Shown: positions 16,818 through 28,146, counted from the first letter of the stretch. The stretch is 41,666 nucleotides of DNA from Bryobacterales bacterium (GCA_003136675.1 PLFE01000140.1:7358-49023), one strand, 5' to 3'. Notes: a model not told the origin generated them from the sequence alone. Program-made: numbers and translations.

Positions 16818-18722
16818 GTGGGCGCACAAGACATTCTCGACCAGGTGGAAGAAGGGCGCATGCGCGCTTTTCAGGAAGCCCTGCTGCGCGATCTGCATGC
16901 GCTGGAGAAAATGCTGGACGGGGGCTTGTTCGAAACGGACGTGGTGCGCGTGGGCGCCGAGCAGGAGATGTTTCTGGTGAACCGGGCGCATTCTCCCGCG
17001 CAGGTGGCGCCGGAGGTGCTGGAGCGGCTGGACGACCCGGCGTTCACCACCGAGATGGGGAAGTTCAATCTGGAAGCCAATCTGGCGCCGCGTCGCTTTG
17101 AGGGACATTGCCTCGGCGAGATGGAAATCGACTTAACGCGACTCGTGCGGCAGGCCTCCATTGCGGCGCAGGCTTGTGGGGCCGAGATCCTGCTGACGGG
17201 CATCCTTCCCTCCGTGCGGTCCGCTGATCTGGTGATTGCCAACCTCACCGACCGCGTGCGTTATCAGGAGCTGAACCGGACAGTGATGAAGATGCGCGGC
17301 GGGGCCTACGAGGTCTACATAAAAGGCGTCGACGAATTGAAAGCGGTGGAGGACAGCGTGATGCTGGAGACCTGCTGCGGCAGCTTTCAGGTGCATTTGC
17401 AGATGGATCCGGGCCGTTTCGCGATTCAGTACAACGCGGCGCAACTGGCTGCCGCGCCTCTTTTGGCGGCGGCGGTGAACTCACCACTGCTGCTGGGTAA
17501 GAGGCTCTGGAGCGAGACGAGGATCGCGTTGTTCCAGCATGCGGTGGACGAGCGGTCGCACGCGGACATCGCTCGCAATCATCCGTCGCGGGTGACGTTT
17601 GGGGACCGGTGGGTGGAGCACTCGGTCCTGGAAATCTATCGGGAACAGATTCTGCGGTTTCGTTCGATCATGAGCCGCGACGCGGTGGAGGACCCGCTTG
17701 AGTTGCTGGCGAAGGGAAAGATTCCGAAGCTGAGCGCGCTGGCGCTCCATAACGGGACGGTGTGGAGATGGAACCGTCCGTGCTATGGGGTGACGGAAGG
17801 GCGCGCGCATCTGCGGATGGAGTTCCGCGCGTTTCCCGCGGGACCCACCATCATCGATGAAGTAGCGAACGCGGCGTTCTTTCTGGGGTTAGTAAGCGCG
17901 CTTCCGGAAGAGTATGGGAATGTTGCCGCGAAGATGCCTTTTTACGAAGCAAAAGATAACTTTTTCGCGGCGGCGCGGCATGGGTTGAAGGCGCAGGTGG
18001 CGTGGGTAGACGGAAAGAATCATCCGGTCGCTCAACTGATCTTAGGCGACTTACTCGCTTTGGCAGCAGCGGGGTTGAAGAAAGCTGGGGTGGACGACGG
18101 CGACATTGACCGCTATCTCGGGGTGATCCGCGATCGAGTGCTTGCGGATCAGACGGGGAGTAAGTGGACCCTCGCGGCGGCGGCAGCGGTGACGGGGCAC
18201 ACTACGTCCGAGCGGCGCGACCGGCGCATTGTGGAGGCGATGCTGGCGCGGCAGAAACTGGGAGAGCCGGTGCATCGCTGGTCGTGTCTATCGCCCGGAG
18301 AACGGAAAGAGGGCGACGGGCCTCCACAGACGGCGGCGGAGGTGATGTCGACGGACTTATTCACGGTGCGCTCGAATGATCCGGTGACCCTCGCCGCCAG
18401 CATGATGGATTGGCGACATATCCGCAATGTGCCGGTGGAAGACGAAGCGGGCCAATTAGTAGGATTGGTTTCCAGCCGCGACTTACTCAGGCTGATCGCG
18501 AAAGGCGGGTGGGGGAATCCGGGCGGCGCCCCGATTCCGGTGCGCGTGATTATGCAGACCGATCCGGTGAGCATTGCGCCGGAGACCAGCCTGAGCGATG
18601 TTTTGAAGTTGATGATGGAACATGCGGTGGATTGTTTGCCGGTGACGAAGGATAAGCAGTTGCTGGGATTGGTGACGAGCTTCGATCTGCTAACGGTGAT
18701 GGCGGGGTGGATTGCGAAGTAG
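16818..18722 (+). CDS. carboxylate-amine ligase (glutamate-cysteine ligase family 2, YbdK-like) fused to a C-terminal tandem CBS-domain pair
   Basis: GCS2-like N-terminal region 'RVGAEQEMFLVNR...'; two CBS repeats in the last ~130 aa ('VMSTDLFTVRSNDPV...LVGLVSSRDLLRL' and 'VIMQTDPVSIAPETSL...LLGLVTSFDLLTV'); GTG start. Confidence 0.75.
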   Translation: MGAQDILDQVEEGRMRAFQEALLRDLHALEKMLDGGLFETDVVRVGAEQEMFLVNRAHSPAQVAPEVLERLDDPAFTTEMGKFNLEANLAPRRFEGHCLGEMEIDLTRLVRQASIAAQACGAEILLTGILPSVRSADLVIANLTDRVRYQELNRTVMKMRGGAYEVYIKGVDELKAVEDSVMLETCCGSFQVHLQMDPGRFAIQYNAAQLAAAPLLAAAVNSPLLLGKRLWSETRIALFQHAVDERSHADIARNHPSRVTFGDRWVEHSVLEIYREQILRFRSIMSRDAVEDPLELLAKGKIPKLSALALHNGTVWRWNRPCYGVTEGRAHLRMEFRAFPAGPTIIDEVANAAFFLGLVSALPEEYGNVAAKMPFYEAKDNFFAAARHGLKAQVAWVDGKNHPVAQLILGDLLALAAAGLKKAGVDDGDIDRYLGVIRDRVLADQTGSKWTLAAAAAVTGHTTSERRDRRIVEAMLARQKLGEPVHRWSCLSPGERKEGDGPPQTAAEVMSTDLFTVRSNDPVTLAASMMDWRHIRNVPVEDEAGQLVGLVSSRDLLRLIAKGGWGNPGGAPIPVRVIMQTDPVSIAPETSLSDVLKLMMEHAVDCLPVTKDKQLLGLVTSFDLLTVMAGWIAK

Positions 18723-19832
18723 TTATAGTCGGACGGCGTCCAAAACGCGTGAAATGCCTTCTTCGAATATGCGCTCTGGCGTGAGCAGGCTCAGAACCAG
18801 CCATGCTTCCGATTCGAAGTCGTAGAAGTAACCGGGCTGAACCAAGGTTGCGGAGTTACGAAGGAGCAGCCGCACCCACTCTTCCTCGGAGCGTGTATTC
18901 GGGATGCGCAAAATCGCCGACCAGCCGGCTTCCACGTCAAGCAGCGACGCACTGGAGCCGGCTACGGCGCTGTGTAAGTGGTCGAGGTTGCGGCGCAGCC
19001 TCGATTGAATTTGGGCGCGGATGGATTGACCCGCAATTACCAAGGACGAGAAAGCATATTGGACCGGCGTGCCGACGGAAAGGTAGGTGTCGGCGATCAA
19101 TTCAAGGCGCTGGGCGGCCTGTTCCACGAGCGGTTCGGGTCCGGACAGGATGATCCAACCCAGTTTCATTTGCGGAAGGCCAGCGCATTTGGAGAGACCG
19201 TTTAATACGAACGTCAGAAGATCTTTTGACCCGGCGACCGAGTAGGGCGCGACTCCAAACGAATAGTCCGAGAAAACTTCATCTGAGACGATGGGCAGAT
19301 TCAGTCGTGCGAGTTGCTCATGCTCCTCGGCTTTGAGGTAGTTACCCGTCGGGTTATTCGGATTCACCACGACTATGGCTTTGGTGCGTGGCGTGATGGC
19401 CGCGCGGAGAGCGTCAAAATCGATAAACCAACCCTGGTGATACCGCAGCGGGTAAGTGCGGGTTTGAACGGATTCGAGACCAGCGAGTAACTCAAATAGG
19501 GGATAAGACGGACGGGGGATGAGGACTTCATCGCCGGGGTCGCAGAGTAGCTTGAACAGCCAGGAATAAGCCTCGCTGGTGCTGGATGTGAGAACGACGC
19601 GATGGGACGAGATGCGGCGGCGCACTTCTTCCAGACCCAGCGAATCGGGATCGTAGACCAGGGCGCGTGGGTCACGGAAAGCGTCGATGATGCCGGGCGG
19701 GTAATCAAATCCGGTGCGGGTGGGATTGGATTTGGTAAGATCCAGCAATTCGCCTCCCGCGGCGCGAAACGCGGCAATTTCCCGAGCGAGGGCGCTGGGA
19801 TGGATTTCGGCCGGCAAGCGACTGGCGAACAC
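18723..19832 (-). CDS. PLP-dependent aminotransferase (class I/II)
   Basis: 'VVNPNNPTGN' and 'SKCAGLPQMKLGW' (PLP-lysine region); GTG start overlapping the mtnA stop (TAGTG). Confidence 0.85.
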   Translation of the reverse strand: MFASRLPAEIHPSALAREIAAFRAAGGELLDLTKSNPTRTGFDYPPGIIDAFRDPRALVYDPDSLGLEEVRRRISSHRVVLTSSTSEAYSWLFKLLCDPGDEVLIPRPSYPLFELLAGLESVQTRTYPLRYHQGWFIDFDALRAAITPRTKAIVVVNPNNPTGNYLKAEEHEQLARLNLPIVSDEVFSDYSFGVAPYSVAGSKDLLTFVLNGLSKCAGLPQMKLGWIILSGPEPLVEQAAQRLELIADTYLSVGTPVQYAFSSLVIAGQSIRAQIQSRLRRNLDHLHSAVAGSSASLLDVEAGWSAILRIPNTRSEEEWVRLLLRNSATLVQPGYFYDFESEAWLVLSLLTPERIFEEGISRVLDAVRL

Positions 19833-20845
19833 TAGGCTCCTGTGGCGAGTTGCTTGAGCGATTCGGTAAAAGGCTCGCGTGCGACTCCGCGTTCGGTCAC
19901 AATCGCGGTGACGTAGCGGTGCGGGGTGACATCAAAGGCGGGATTCTGCACCTGAGTGTCTTCCGGGGCCACCTGCGTGCCGGCGTAGTGGGTGACTTCC
20001 GACGAGTTGCGCTGCTCGATGGGAATCAGGTCGCCTGAGGACAAGGAAAGATCGAGCGTGGAGATGGGCGCGGCGACGTAGAACGGGATGTTGTTCTCCT
20101 TAGCGAGAACGGCGACGCTATAGGTGCCGATCTTGTTGGCCACGTCCCCATTGGCGGCAATGCGGTCCGCGCCCACAACCACGCAGCCGATGCGGCCGGA
20201 TTTCAGGAAATGGCCGGCCATACTGTCTGTGATGAGAGTGGCGGGGATATGATCCTGCTGCAATTCCCACACGGTGAGGCGCGCACCCTGGAGGAACGGA
20301 CGCGTTTCATCGGCGAATACGTCGATTTCCTTGCCCTGCTCGACCGCGGCGCGGATCACGCCAAGGGCGGTGCCGTAGCCCGCGGTGGCGAGCGCTCCGG
20401 CATTGCAATGAGTGAGTACGGTTTTGTGATCGGGCACGAGAGGCGCACCATGTTTGCCGATGGCCTGGCAGATGGCGATGTCTTCGAGACGGATCTGCCG
20501 GGCCTCCTGAATGAAGCGCAGGCGGATGAGATCGGCGGGCGACCCGGCCAGGGATTTGTGCAAGGCCTTCATGCGCTCGATGGCCCAGAACAGATTGACG
20601 GCGGTGGGGCGGGTGGCGGCGAGAGTTTCACAGACGAGGTCGAAATCGGCGCCTTCGATGACCCCGAGAGCCACGCCCATGGCCGCTGCAACACCGATGG
20701 CGGGAGCGCCGCGAATGGTCATGGCGCGGATGTTGTGGGCCACGTCCTGATAGGTCTTGCACGTGACGTAGGTCTGTTCCAGAGGCAGGCGTCTTTGGTC
20801 AATCATGACGACGCCGTCGGGGGTCCACTCGATCGTTTCAACCAT
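19832..20845 (-). CDS. mtnA: S-methyl-5-thioribose-1-phosphate isomerase
   Basis: eIF2B-like/MtnA signature '[31 protein letters not shown]...'. Confidence 0.88.
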   Translation of the reverse strand: MVETIEWTPDGVVMIDQRRLPLEQTYVTCKTYQDVAHNIRAMTIRGAPAIGVAAAMGVALGVIEGADFDLVCETLAATRPTAVNLFWAIERMKALHKSLAGSPADLIRLRFIQEARQIRLEDIAICQAIGKHGAPLVPDHKTVLTHCNAGALATAGYGTALGVIRAAVEQGKEIDVFADETRPFLQGARLTVWELQQDHIPATLITDSMAGHFLKSGRIGCVVVGADRIAANGDVANKIGTYSVAVLAKENNIPFYVAAPISTLDLSLSSGDLIPIEQRNSSEVTHYAGTQVAPEDTQVQNPAFDVTPHRYVTAIVTERGVAREPFTESLKQLATGA

Positions 20846-20854
20846 GTGTTTTGT

Positions 20855-21604
20855 CTATTGTCCTTTGTGTGCCGCGAAGAAAAATGCGAAGAAGAGCGTG
20901 CCGTTGTAAGAAGCGTGGGTGATGACGGACGTGCGGGTAGATCCAGATAAATGCCTCAGTACGCCGAAGGCTAAACCAGCGGCTGAGATGAGTGCGCCGT
21001 ATTGCCACACGCGGCCGTTCTGTTCGAGGTGCAGCACTCCGAAAAGAACGGAGGTGAGGCCAATGCCGGCAACAGCGCCGAGCGAGCGGACCATCAGCGG
21101 CTGCAGGAAACCGCGAAACAGGAGTTCCTCCGCGAGCGGGGCAACGGTGATTCCAAAAATTGCGAGAAACAGTCCGCCATTGGGCGAACTGAGGAGCTTC
21201 TTCATGGGAGAGTCGACTTCGGGAACCTTCAAAAGCCCTCCCAGAAAGCCGATTGCGAACGCGAGGGAAATGCCGAACGCAATTGCCACGAGTGAAGGGA
21301 CAGTGGAGGGTAGCCAGCCCAGCGAACTCCAGAACGGCGCGTCGTAAGTGAGACGAAGAATCGCCGCGAGCAAGAAGAAGATGGCCGCGTACGCGATGCT
21401 TTGGAACACCACCAGAGCGGGCGCGCTATCCAGCTTGATCTGGAAAGCTTTGGCTGCCAGCATGCCGATCAGGTAGAGCAGGAAGACGCAGGGAATCGCC
21501 ATTCCAGCGAACAGGCCGGCATCACGCCAATCCCAGATCGGAGTTCTCGGCGGCGCGGGAGCGGGAGCATCGATGATGTATGACGGCGAATCGTCCATCA
21601 TGCC
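20855..21604 (-). CDS. CPBP-family intramembrane metalloprotease (CAAX protease / Abi)
   Basis: 'EELLFRGFL' and 'FGVLH' motifs, multiple TM segments; ATG overlaps the uvrA stop (ATGATG / TGA); the longer ORF back to 21748 is Arg-rich and probably not translated. Confidence 0.8.
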   Translation of the reverse strand, partial: GMMDDSPSYIIDAPAPAPPRTPIWDWRDAGLFAGMAIPCVFLLYLIGMLAAKAFQIKLDSAPALVVFQSIAYAAIFFLLAAILRLTYDAPFWSSLGWLPSTVPSLVAIAFGISLAFAIGFLGGLLKVPEVDSPMKKLLSSPNGGLFLAIFGITVAPLAEELLFRGFLQPLMVRSLGAVAGIGLTSVLFGVLHLEQNGRVWQYGALISAAGLAFGVLRHLSGSTRTSVITHASYNGTLFFAFFFAAHKGQ

Positions 21605-24369
21605 GCGCGTCCCTTGTGCGCGGACACCATATTCCGCAAAGCCTCGCCTGTGTAGCTCTTGCGGGACTTCATCACGTGCTCGGGCGTGCCTTCGGCCACG
21701 ATGCGGCCACCGTATTCGCCGCCATCGGGCCCGAGATCGATGATCCAATCGGCACTCTTGATGACGTCGAGATTGTGCTCGATGACGACGACCGAGTTGC
21801 CCAGATCGACCAGACGCTGGAGCACGTCGATCAGTTTGCGAACGTCGTCGAAATGGAGCCCGGTGGTGGGCTCGTCGAGTAGGTAGAAGGTGCGGCCGGT
21901 TTGGCGCTTGCTCAATTCGCGGGCGAGTTTAATGCGCTGCGCTTCGCCTCCGGAAAGGGTTGTGGCGGATTGGCCGAGGTGCAGATAACCCAGGCCAACG
22001 GCCGCCAGAGTCTCCAGTTTGGGGCGGATCTGGGGATGGTTCTGCAGCACGGGCAGGGCTTCTTCGATGGTCATCTCCAGCAGGTCCGCGATGGAGTGGC
22101 CCTTGTATTTGACTTCCAGAGTTTCCTGGTTGTAGCGGCGGCCGCGGCACACATCGCAGGTAACGTAGACATCGGGAAGAAAGTTCATCTCGATGCGCTT
22201 GAGCCCATCGCCCTGGCAGGCTTCGCAGCGGCCGCCTTTGACGTTGAAGCTGAAGCGACCGGGTTTGTAGCCGCGTTCCCGAGATTCGGGAAGCATGGCG
22301 AACAGATCGCGGATGGGACTGAAAAGCCCCGTATATGTGGCGGGGTTGGAGCGCGGCGTACGGCCGATGGCTGCCTGGTCGATGCGGACCACCTTGTCGA
22401 TGTGTTCGATGCCGGTAATGGCGCCGTGTGCGCCGGGTTCCTCGCGCGATCCGTAGACCTCACGTGCGAGCGAACGATAGACGATCTCATTCACCAGCGT
22501 GGATTTTCCACTGCCGGACACGCCGGTGACGACGGTGAGCACGCCGAGCGGAATCCTGACGTCAACATTCTTCAGATTGTGCTCATGCGCGTCCTTCACC
22601 TCGATAGCGTTTCCATTGGCCTTGCGGCGCGCGGCCGGCATGGGGATGGATTGGGCGCCGGAAAGATAGCGGCCGGTGAGTGAATCGGGGTTGCTGGAAA
22701 TATCGGCGGGGGTGCCCTGGGCCACGAGTTCTCCGCCCAGCCGTCCGGCGCCGGGTCCGAGATCGATCACAAAATCGGCGCGCTGGATGGTTTCCTCATC
22801 GTGCTCCACAACCAGAACCGTATTGCCGAGATCGCGCAGTTTCATGAGGGTCTGCAACAGGCGTTCGTTGTCGCGCGGATGCAGGCCGATAGAAGGCTCA
22901 TCCAGCACGTAGAGCACGCCGCGCAGTTTCGAGCCGATCTGGGTGGCGAGGCGAATGCGCTGGCTTTCGCCGCCCGAGAGGGTTCCGGCCGATCGGCCGA
23001 GACTGAGATAATCCAGCCCCACGTGGCTGAGGAATTCGAGGCGGCGGCTGATCTCGTCAACGACGCGCCCGGCGATAATTTGCTCGCGATCCGCTAATTT
23101 CCAGCCGCGCACAGTGAGAAGAGTGCGCGCGATGGGCATTTCGACCACGTCGGCGATGGAAAGATTTTTGACACGCACGGAAAGGCTGGAGGCGCGAAGG
23201 CGCTTGCCGTGACAGACGGAACAGGACACCGGCGACATATACTCCAGCAGCCATTCGCGATAGGAATCCGGCGCACGCTCGAAGGTGTCCTGCAAAAGGC
23301 TGGCGATGCCTTCAAAGCCATCGCCGCCGCTGAGCAGCAGCGCCTGCGTGCGGCGCGGAAGCTTTTCGAATGGCGTGGAAAGCTTGATTCGGAGGGTCTT
23401 CGCGGCCGCTTGCACTTTCTGCTGAACATAGGCGGCGGAACCGGCGAATGGACCTAGCGCGCCTTCGAGGAGCGGCTTGGATTCATCGGCTATCAGCTTG
23501 GATGCATCCACGCGCCACTCGACGCCGAGACCGTTGCAGGTCTCGCACGCGCCATAGGGGCTGTTGAACGAAAAAGAACGCGGCTCCAGTTGAGGAATGC
23601 TCATGCCGCACTCCATGCAAGCGAGGCGGGTGGAGTACAAACGCTCCTCGCCGTTGACGACGGAGATGATCACCAGGCCGTTCGCGAGTTTGGTGGCGAC
23701 GTCGATGGAGGCTTCGAGGCGCTTCTCAATCCCCTGCTTGACGAGCAGCCGATCGATCACCACTTCGATGCTATGGTTTTTACGGCGATCAAGCGGAACT
23801 TCTTCTTCGAGCGAACGGATGATGCCATCGACGCGGGCGCGAACGAAACCCTGGCGCGCGTATTTTTCGAGATCCTTCTTAAATTCGCCCTTCCGGCCGC
23901 GGACGACGGGGGCTAGAACCATGATGCGGTCGTCCGGGCTCAACTGGACGACGTGCTTGAGGATCTGCTCGGTGGTTTGGCGCGAAATCTCAATTCCGCA
24001 ATTGGGACAAAAGGGAACTCCGATTGACGAGTACAATAAACGAAGATAGTCGTATATTTCCGTAATGGTTCCCACGGTTGAGCGGGAACTTCTTCCCGCG
24101 GTTTTTTGTTCGATGGAGATTGCAGGGCTCAGACCGTCTATGGAATCTACGTCCGGGCGTTCCATTTGATCGAGAAACTGGCGGGCGTAAGGGGAAAGAG
24201 TTTCAACGTAACGGCGCTGCCCCTCCGCATAGATCGTGTCGAAGGCGAGGGAAGATTTGCCCGAGCCGCTTAAGCCGGTTATCACAGTAAGCGTGTTTCT
24301 GGGAATTTCGACGCTGATGTTCTTCAGGTTGTGCTGGCGAGCGCCGTGAACGGAGATATGGCTGAGCAT
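21598..24369 (-). CDS. uvrA: excinuclease ABC subunit A
   Basis: Two ABC ATPase modules ('[23 protein letters not shown]', '[11 protein letters not shown]') and zinc-finger cysteines. Confidence 0.95.
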   Translation of the reverse strand: MLSHISVHGARQHNLKNISVEIPRNTLTVITGLSGSGKSSLAFDTIYAEGQRRYVETLSPYARQFLDQMERPDVDSIDGLSPAISIEQKTAGRSSRSTVGTITEIYDYLRLLYSSIGVPFCPNCGIEISRQTTEQILKHVVQLSPDDRIMVLAPVVRGRKGEFKKDLEKYARQGFVRARVDGIIRSLEEEVPLDRRKNHSIEVVIDRLLVKQGIEKRLEASIDVATKLANGLVIISVVNGEERLYSTRLACMECGMSIPQLEPRSFSFNSPYGACETCNGLGVEWRVDASKLIADESKPLLEGALGPFAGSAAYVQQKVQAAAKTLRIKLSTPFEKLPRRTQALLLSGGDGFEGIASLLQDTFERAPDSYREWLLEYMSPVSCSVCHGKRLRASSLSVRVKNLSIADVVEMPIARTLLTVRGWKLADREQIIAGRVVDEISRRLEFLSHVGLDYLSLGRSAGTLSGGESQRIRLATQIGSKLRGVLYVLDEPSIGLHPRDNERLLQTLMKLRDLGNTVLVVEHDEETIQRADFVIDLGPGAGRLGGELVAQGTPADISSNPDSLTGRYLSGAQSIPMPAARRKANGNAIEVKDAHEHNLKNVDVRIPLGVLTVVTGVSGSGKSTLVNEIVYRSLAREVYGSREEPGAHGAITGIEHIDKVVRIDQAAIGRTPRSNPATYTGLFSPIRDLFAMLPESRERGYKPGRFSFNVKGGRCEACQGDGLKRIEMNFLPDVYVTCDVCRGRRYNQETLEVKYKGHSIADLLEMTIEEALPVLQNHPQIRPKLETLAAVGLGYLHLGQSATTLSGGEAQRIKLARELSKRQTGRTFYLLDEPTTGLHFDDVRKLIDVLQRLVDLGNSVVVIEHNLDVIKSADWIIDLGPDGGEYGGRIVAEGTPEHVMKSRKSYTGEALRNMVSAHKGRAA

Positions 24370-24493
24370 CTTTTACAGGGACAACCAGCGGACGGAAAAG
24401 CGGTGGACGGACAACCGTATCGCGGTAGAGATATGATTGTGACGAAGTTGCGACAATTCAGTGACTTCTCGCATATTGGGAGCTAACGAAAGA

Positions 24494-24871
24494 ATGCTGT
24501 GCCAGAAGTGCGGTGCCGTCATGACAAGAAGTCACCGCCGTGGGATCGAAAGACTAATTTTCGCACAAGCATTCCGGTGTTCGTCGTGCAACACGCGGGC
24601 GCGGCGGAGTTACTTCGATACGAGCTTCGACGAGTTTGCCAATTGCCCGCGGTGCGGCAACAGCGCTCCCGATAAGCGGTCGAGGCGGGACAAAGTGGAT
24701 TCGATGCTGCATTCGCCGATCCGGATGATCCATTGGGCGCTCGGCGGAACTCTTTATCACTGCGTGTTCTGCCGCCTTCAGTTTTACGACGTGCGTGGGC
24801 TGAAGCCGGTTGTCCGCAAGGATAAGGAACCGGACCCGAATGAGGCTAATAAGGCCAAGATGGCAAGCTGA
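24494..24871 (+). CDS. small double zinc-ribbon protein (4x CxxC), hypothetical
   Basis: 'CQKC..CSSC..CPRC..CVFC'; divergent from uvrA; alternative ATG at 24461; 3' end overlaps the SDR gene by 26 nt. Confidence 0.45.
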   Translation: MLCQKCGAVMTRSHRRGIERLIFAQAFRCSSCNTRARRSYFDTSFDEFANCPRCGNSAPDKRSRRDKVDSMLHSPIRMIHWALGGTLYHCVFCRLQFYDVRGLKPVVRKDKEPDPNEANKAKMAS

Positions 24872-25601
24872 ATAAGCCGCCGTCGACCCAGATGGTTTGG
24901 CCTGTGACGAAGTTGGCCGATGGCGAGGCGAGAAACGCGACGACGTTGGCGACGTCGGCGGGCTGCCCGACTCTGCCGATGGGCGTGCGCTGCGCCCAGG
25001 TTGCGGCATAGTCTTCCGATTCCAGCCGCGTGCGTTCAATTTCGATGGCACCGGGTGCGACGCAGTTGACGGTGATGCCGTAGGCGGCCAGTTCCACCGC
25101 GGCCACTTTTGTGAACATCTCGATACCGCCCTTGCTGGCGGTGTAATCCACCAGATGCGGGAACGCGATTTTATTACAGCCAGATCCGATGTTGATGATG
25201 CGTCCGCCGCCATTATGCTTCATGAGGCGCGCGGCGCGCTGGGTGCAAAGGAAACAGCCTTTCAGATTGGTTTGAATAGTGCGGTCCCAATCTTCCTCGG
25301 CCAGCTCCAGCAAGGGCTTCCAGGTTTGCACGCCCGCGTTATTGACCAGAATATCGAGTTCGGGGACTTCGGCGAACATGCGGTCGACTTCATTGGCGAT
25401 CCCGATGTTGGCTTGAAGAGGGCGGGCAGTTGCGCCGAGGACGGCGATAAACCGGGCGGTTTCTTCGGCGCCCGCAGCATCCGATTGGTAGTTCACCACG
25501 ACGTGGCAACCTTGGCGGGCGAGTTCGATGGCGATGCCGCGGCCGACACCTTTGCTGGCTCCGGTGACGAGGGCGGTTTTGCCTTTTAAGGGTAAGGACA
25601 T
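24846..25601 (-). CDS. SDR-family oxidoreductase (FabG-like)
   Basis: '[12 protein letters not shown]' Rossmann motif, 'NNAG', catalytic 'YTASK'. Confidence 0.9.
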   Translation of the reverse strand: MSLPLKGKTALVTGASKGVGRGIAIELARQGCHVVVNYQSDAAGAEETARFIAVLGATARPLQANIGIANEVDRMFAEVPELDILVNNAGVQTWKPLLELAEEDWDRTIQTNLKGCFLCTQRAARLMKHNGGGRIINIGSGCNKIAFPHLVDYTASKGGIEMFTKVAAVELAAYGITVNCVAPGAIEIERTRLESEDYAATWAQRTPIGRVGQPADVANVVAFLASPSANFVTGQTIWVDGGLFSLPSWPY

Positions 25602-25765
25602 GCCGAAAGAGATTGTAACGTGTTCGTAGGCGCAGGGCGGGATTGGATCAAGCGACGTTGGAGGAACGCTCCGACATGTTCACTGCGGACGGCTACGACC
25701 AATTGCTTCTTGCGCGGCGTCTCGGTCGAGCGACCAAAATAATTCTACTCGAAAGCCGGCGGTAA

Positions 25766-26212
25766 TCAGTGCGCGGCGACCTTCTTGAGGGCCACCGCAT
25801 TCATGCAATAGCGGAGTCCGCTAGGCTTGGGGCCATCCGGAAAAACGTGACCTAAATGCGCGTCGCAAGTGCTGCAAACGGTTTCAACGCGCGTGCCGTA
25901 AGAGGTGTCCAGGTGATAGGCGATCACATTGGGTTCTACCGGCTGGGTGAAGGAAGGCCAGCCTGTGCCGGAATCGAACTTCTCGGACGCGTCGAAAAGC
26001 ACGGTATCGCAGCAGACGCAGGCATAAATTCCGGGCTCGAACAGGTTGCACATGGGGGAACTGAAAGCCCGTTCGGTGCCTGCTTCGCGCGTCACGCGAT
26101 ATTGCTGGTCGTTGAGTTGGGCGCGCCACTCGGCCTCGGTCTTTTCGACCCTGCGGTCGGGGGTGAGGTTGCCCGCTTTGGCAAAATTTAGAACATCATT
26201 CCACGTCAGCAC
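25766..26212 (-). CDS. msrB: peptide-methionine (R)-S-oxide reductase
   Basis: Zinc CxxC pairs 'CVCCDTV...CSTCDAHLGHVF' and catalytic 'RYCMNAVAL'. Confidence 0.92.
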   Translation of the reverse strand: MLTWNDVLNFAKAGNLTPDRRVEKTEAEWRAQLNDQQYRVTREAGTERAFSSPMCNLFEPGIYACVCCDTVLFDASEKFDSGTGWPSFTQPVEPNVIAYHLDTSYGTRVETVCSTCDAHLGHVFPDGPKPSGLRYCMNAVALKKVAAH

Positions 26213-26247
26213 AGTGTCTCCTTTCTACCATAAGCGACCATAAACGC

Positions 26248-27165
26248 ATGCGCATTCTTGCAGAGGAGAGCGACCGCGGACAGCGACTGGACGTTTTCCT
26301 GCAACGACGCCTACCGGAGTTCAGCCGCTCGCGCATCCAGAGCTGGATTAAACAGGGTCTGGTGCGGGTGAACCAGCGGGCCGCGAAAGTCTCCGCCGTG
26401 CTGCATGGCGATGAGGAGGTGGAGGTAGAGCCCGCGCCGCTTCCGGCATTGCATGCCACGGCAGAACCCATCCCGCTCAGCATTCTTTACGAAGACGATT
26501 GGCTGGTGGCTATCGATAAGCCTGCCGGAATGGTGGTTCATGCGGGCGCGGGCGTCAGTTCCGGCACCGTTGTAAATGCGCTTTTACACCGATTTGAGCA
26601 GCTCTCGTCGGTAGGCGGAGACATGCGCCCCGGCATTGTGCATCGCCTGGACCGTTTCACCAGCGGCGTTCTTCTGGCGGCCAAAACCGACGCGGCGCAC
26701 CGCGCGCTGGCGAGGCTGTTTGCAACCCGCAAGGTACGCAAGATTTACCGGACGCTGGTACACGGGGCGATGGAAGCGGAAACGGGGCGAATCGAGAAAC
26801 CCATCACACGCGATCCGGTGAACCGGACCCGCATGACGGCGCGCCTCGCGTCCGGGAGAACGGCCTGGAGTGAATGGACGGTGCTGGAACGTTTTCCCAA
26901 GGCGAGCTACCTGGAAGTTTTGATCGGAACCGGGCGCACGCATCAGATTCGAGTGCATCTTTCCAGCATCGGGCATCCGGTGTTTGGCGACAGACTCTAC
27001 GGCGCTCCGGTGGAGACACCCGGGTTGCCGTCGCTGGGGCGCTATTTCCTGCATGCGCATCAGATCGAGTTTCAACATCCGTTCACTGATAAGCTGTTGA
27101 CCGTGACGTCACCGCTGGCGCCGGAACTCCACGGGTTCCTTGCGGCAATGCAGGCTTTACACTAG
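26248..27165 (+). CDS. rluD: RluA-family 23S rRNA pseudouridine synthase (RluD-like) with N-terminal S4 domain
   Basis: 'RLDVFL' S4 region; catalytic 'HRLDRFTSGVLLAAKT'. Confidence 0.85.
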   Translation: MRILAEESDRGQRLDVFLQRRLPEFSRSRIQSWIKQGLVRVNQRAAKVSAVLHGDEEVEVEPAPLPALHATAEPIPLSILYEDDWLVAIDKPAGMVVHAGAGVSSGTVVNALLHRFEQLSSVGGDMRPGIVHRLDRFTSGVLLAAKTDAAHRALARLFATRKVRKIYRTLVHGAMEAETGRIEKPITRDPVNRTRMTARLASGRTAWSEWTVLERFPKASYLEVLIGTGRTHQIRVHLSSIGHPVFGDRLYGAPVETPGLPSLGRYFLHAHQIEFQHPFTDKLLTVTSPLAPELHGFLAAMQALH

Positions 27166-27172
27166 AGGCTAA

Positions 27173-28135
27173 ATGATGAAGTTCAGTTCCTACGGGTTTT
27201 TATGCGGGTTGCTGCTGGCGGTGTGCCCGGTGATGTCGCCGTCTCAGGCGCCGCAGCCGGCTCAGGCGAAGCAGGAAAATCTCCCGGTGGACCCCAATCG
27301 CATTCTTCTGGATGTGACGCGCGTCAACGTACTGTTCACCGTAACGGACAAGAAGGGCCGCTTCATCACGGACTTGGCAAAAGACGATTTCCAGGTTTTT
27401 GAGAAGAAGAAGGAACAGAACATCGTGCAGTTCACGGCGGAGAGCGATCTACCGCTGCGCCTGGCGCTGCTGATCGACACCAGCAACAGCATCCGGGACC
27501 GTTTCAAGTTTGAGCAGGAAGCGGCGGTGGAGTTCATCAACAGCACCGTGCGCCCGCGCGAAGACAAGGCCATGCTGGTGAGCTTCGACAGCGCGACGGA
27601 ACTGGTTGCGGACCTGACGGACAATCCGGAAGTGCTGGCGAAAGCGGTGCGCAGCCTGCGGCCGGGCGGCGGGACGTCGCTGTACGACGCGATTTTCTAT
27701 GCCTGCAAGGATAAGCTGCAACTGGACCAGCCGCGCGACAAGTTCCGGCGCGCCATGGTGATTGTGTCGGACGGCGATGACAACCAGAGCCGCGTGACGC
27801 GCGACCAGGCGCTGGAAATGGCGCAAAAAGCGGACGTCGTGATCTATGCGATTTCCACCAATAACAAACACGAACCGAGCGAGGGCGATAAGGTTCTGCG
27901 CTACTTTACGGAAGAGACCGGCGGACAGGCTTTCTTCCCGTTTGAGGCGCGCGACCTTTCGCAATCCTTTGAAAATATCGCCAATGAACTGCGGCATCAG
28001 TACAACATTTTCTACCGCCCGTCGCCGCTGGAAGCAGACGGGCAGTTTCATCCGGTGAATGTGCGGGTGAAGGGCCGGAAAGATGTGATTGTACGTGCCC
28101 GCAAGGGTTATTACGCGCCCAAGTTGAAAACGTAG
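27173..28135 (+). CDS. secreted VWA-domain protein
   Basis: Signal peptide; MIDAS 'DTSNS'; 'VIVSDGDDN'. Confidence 0.8.
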   Translation: MMKFSSYGFLCGLLLAVCPVMSPSQAPQPAQAKQENLPVDPNRILLDVTRVNVLFTVTDKKGRFITDLAKDDFQVFEKKKEQNIVQFTAESDLPLRLALLIDTSNSIRDRFKFEQEAAVEFINSTVRPREDKAMLVSFDSATELVADLTDNPEVLAKAVRSLRPGGGTSLYDAIFYACKDKLQLDQPRDKFRRAMVIVSDGDDNQSRVTRDQALEMAQKADVVIYAISTNNKHEPSEGDKVLRYFTEETGGQAFFPFEARDLSQSFENIANELRHQYNIFYRPSPLEADGQFHPVNVRVKGRKDVIVRARKGYYAPKLKT

Positions 28136-28146
28136 CGTATCCAAGC

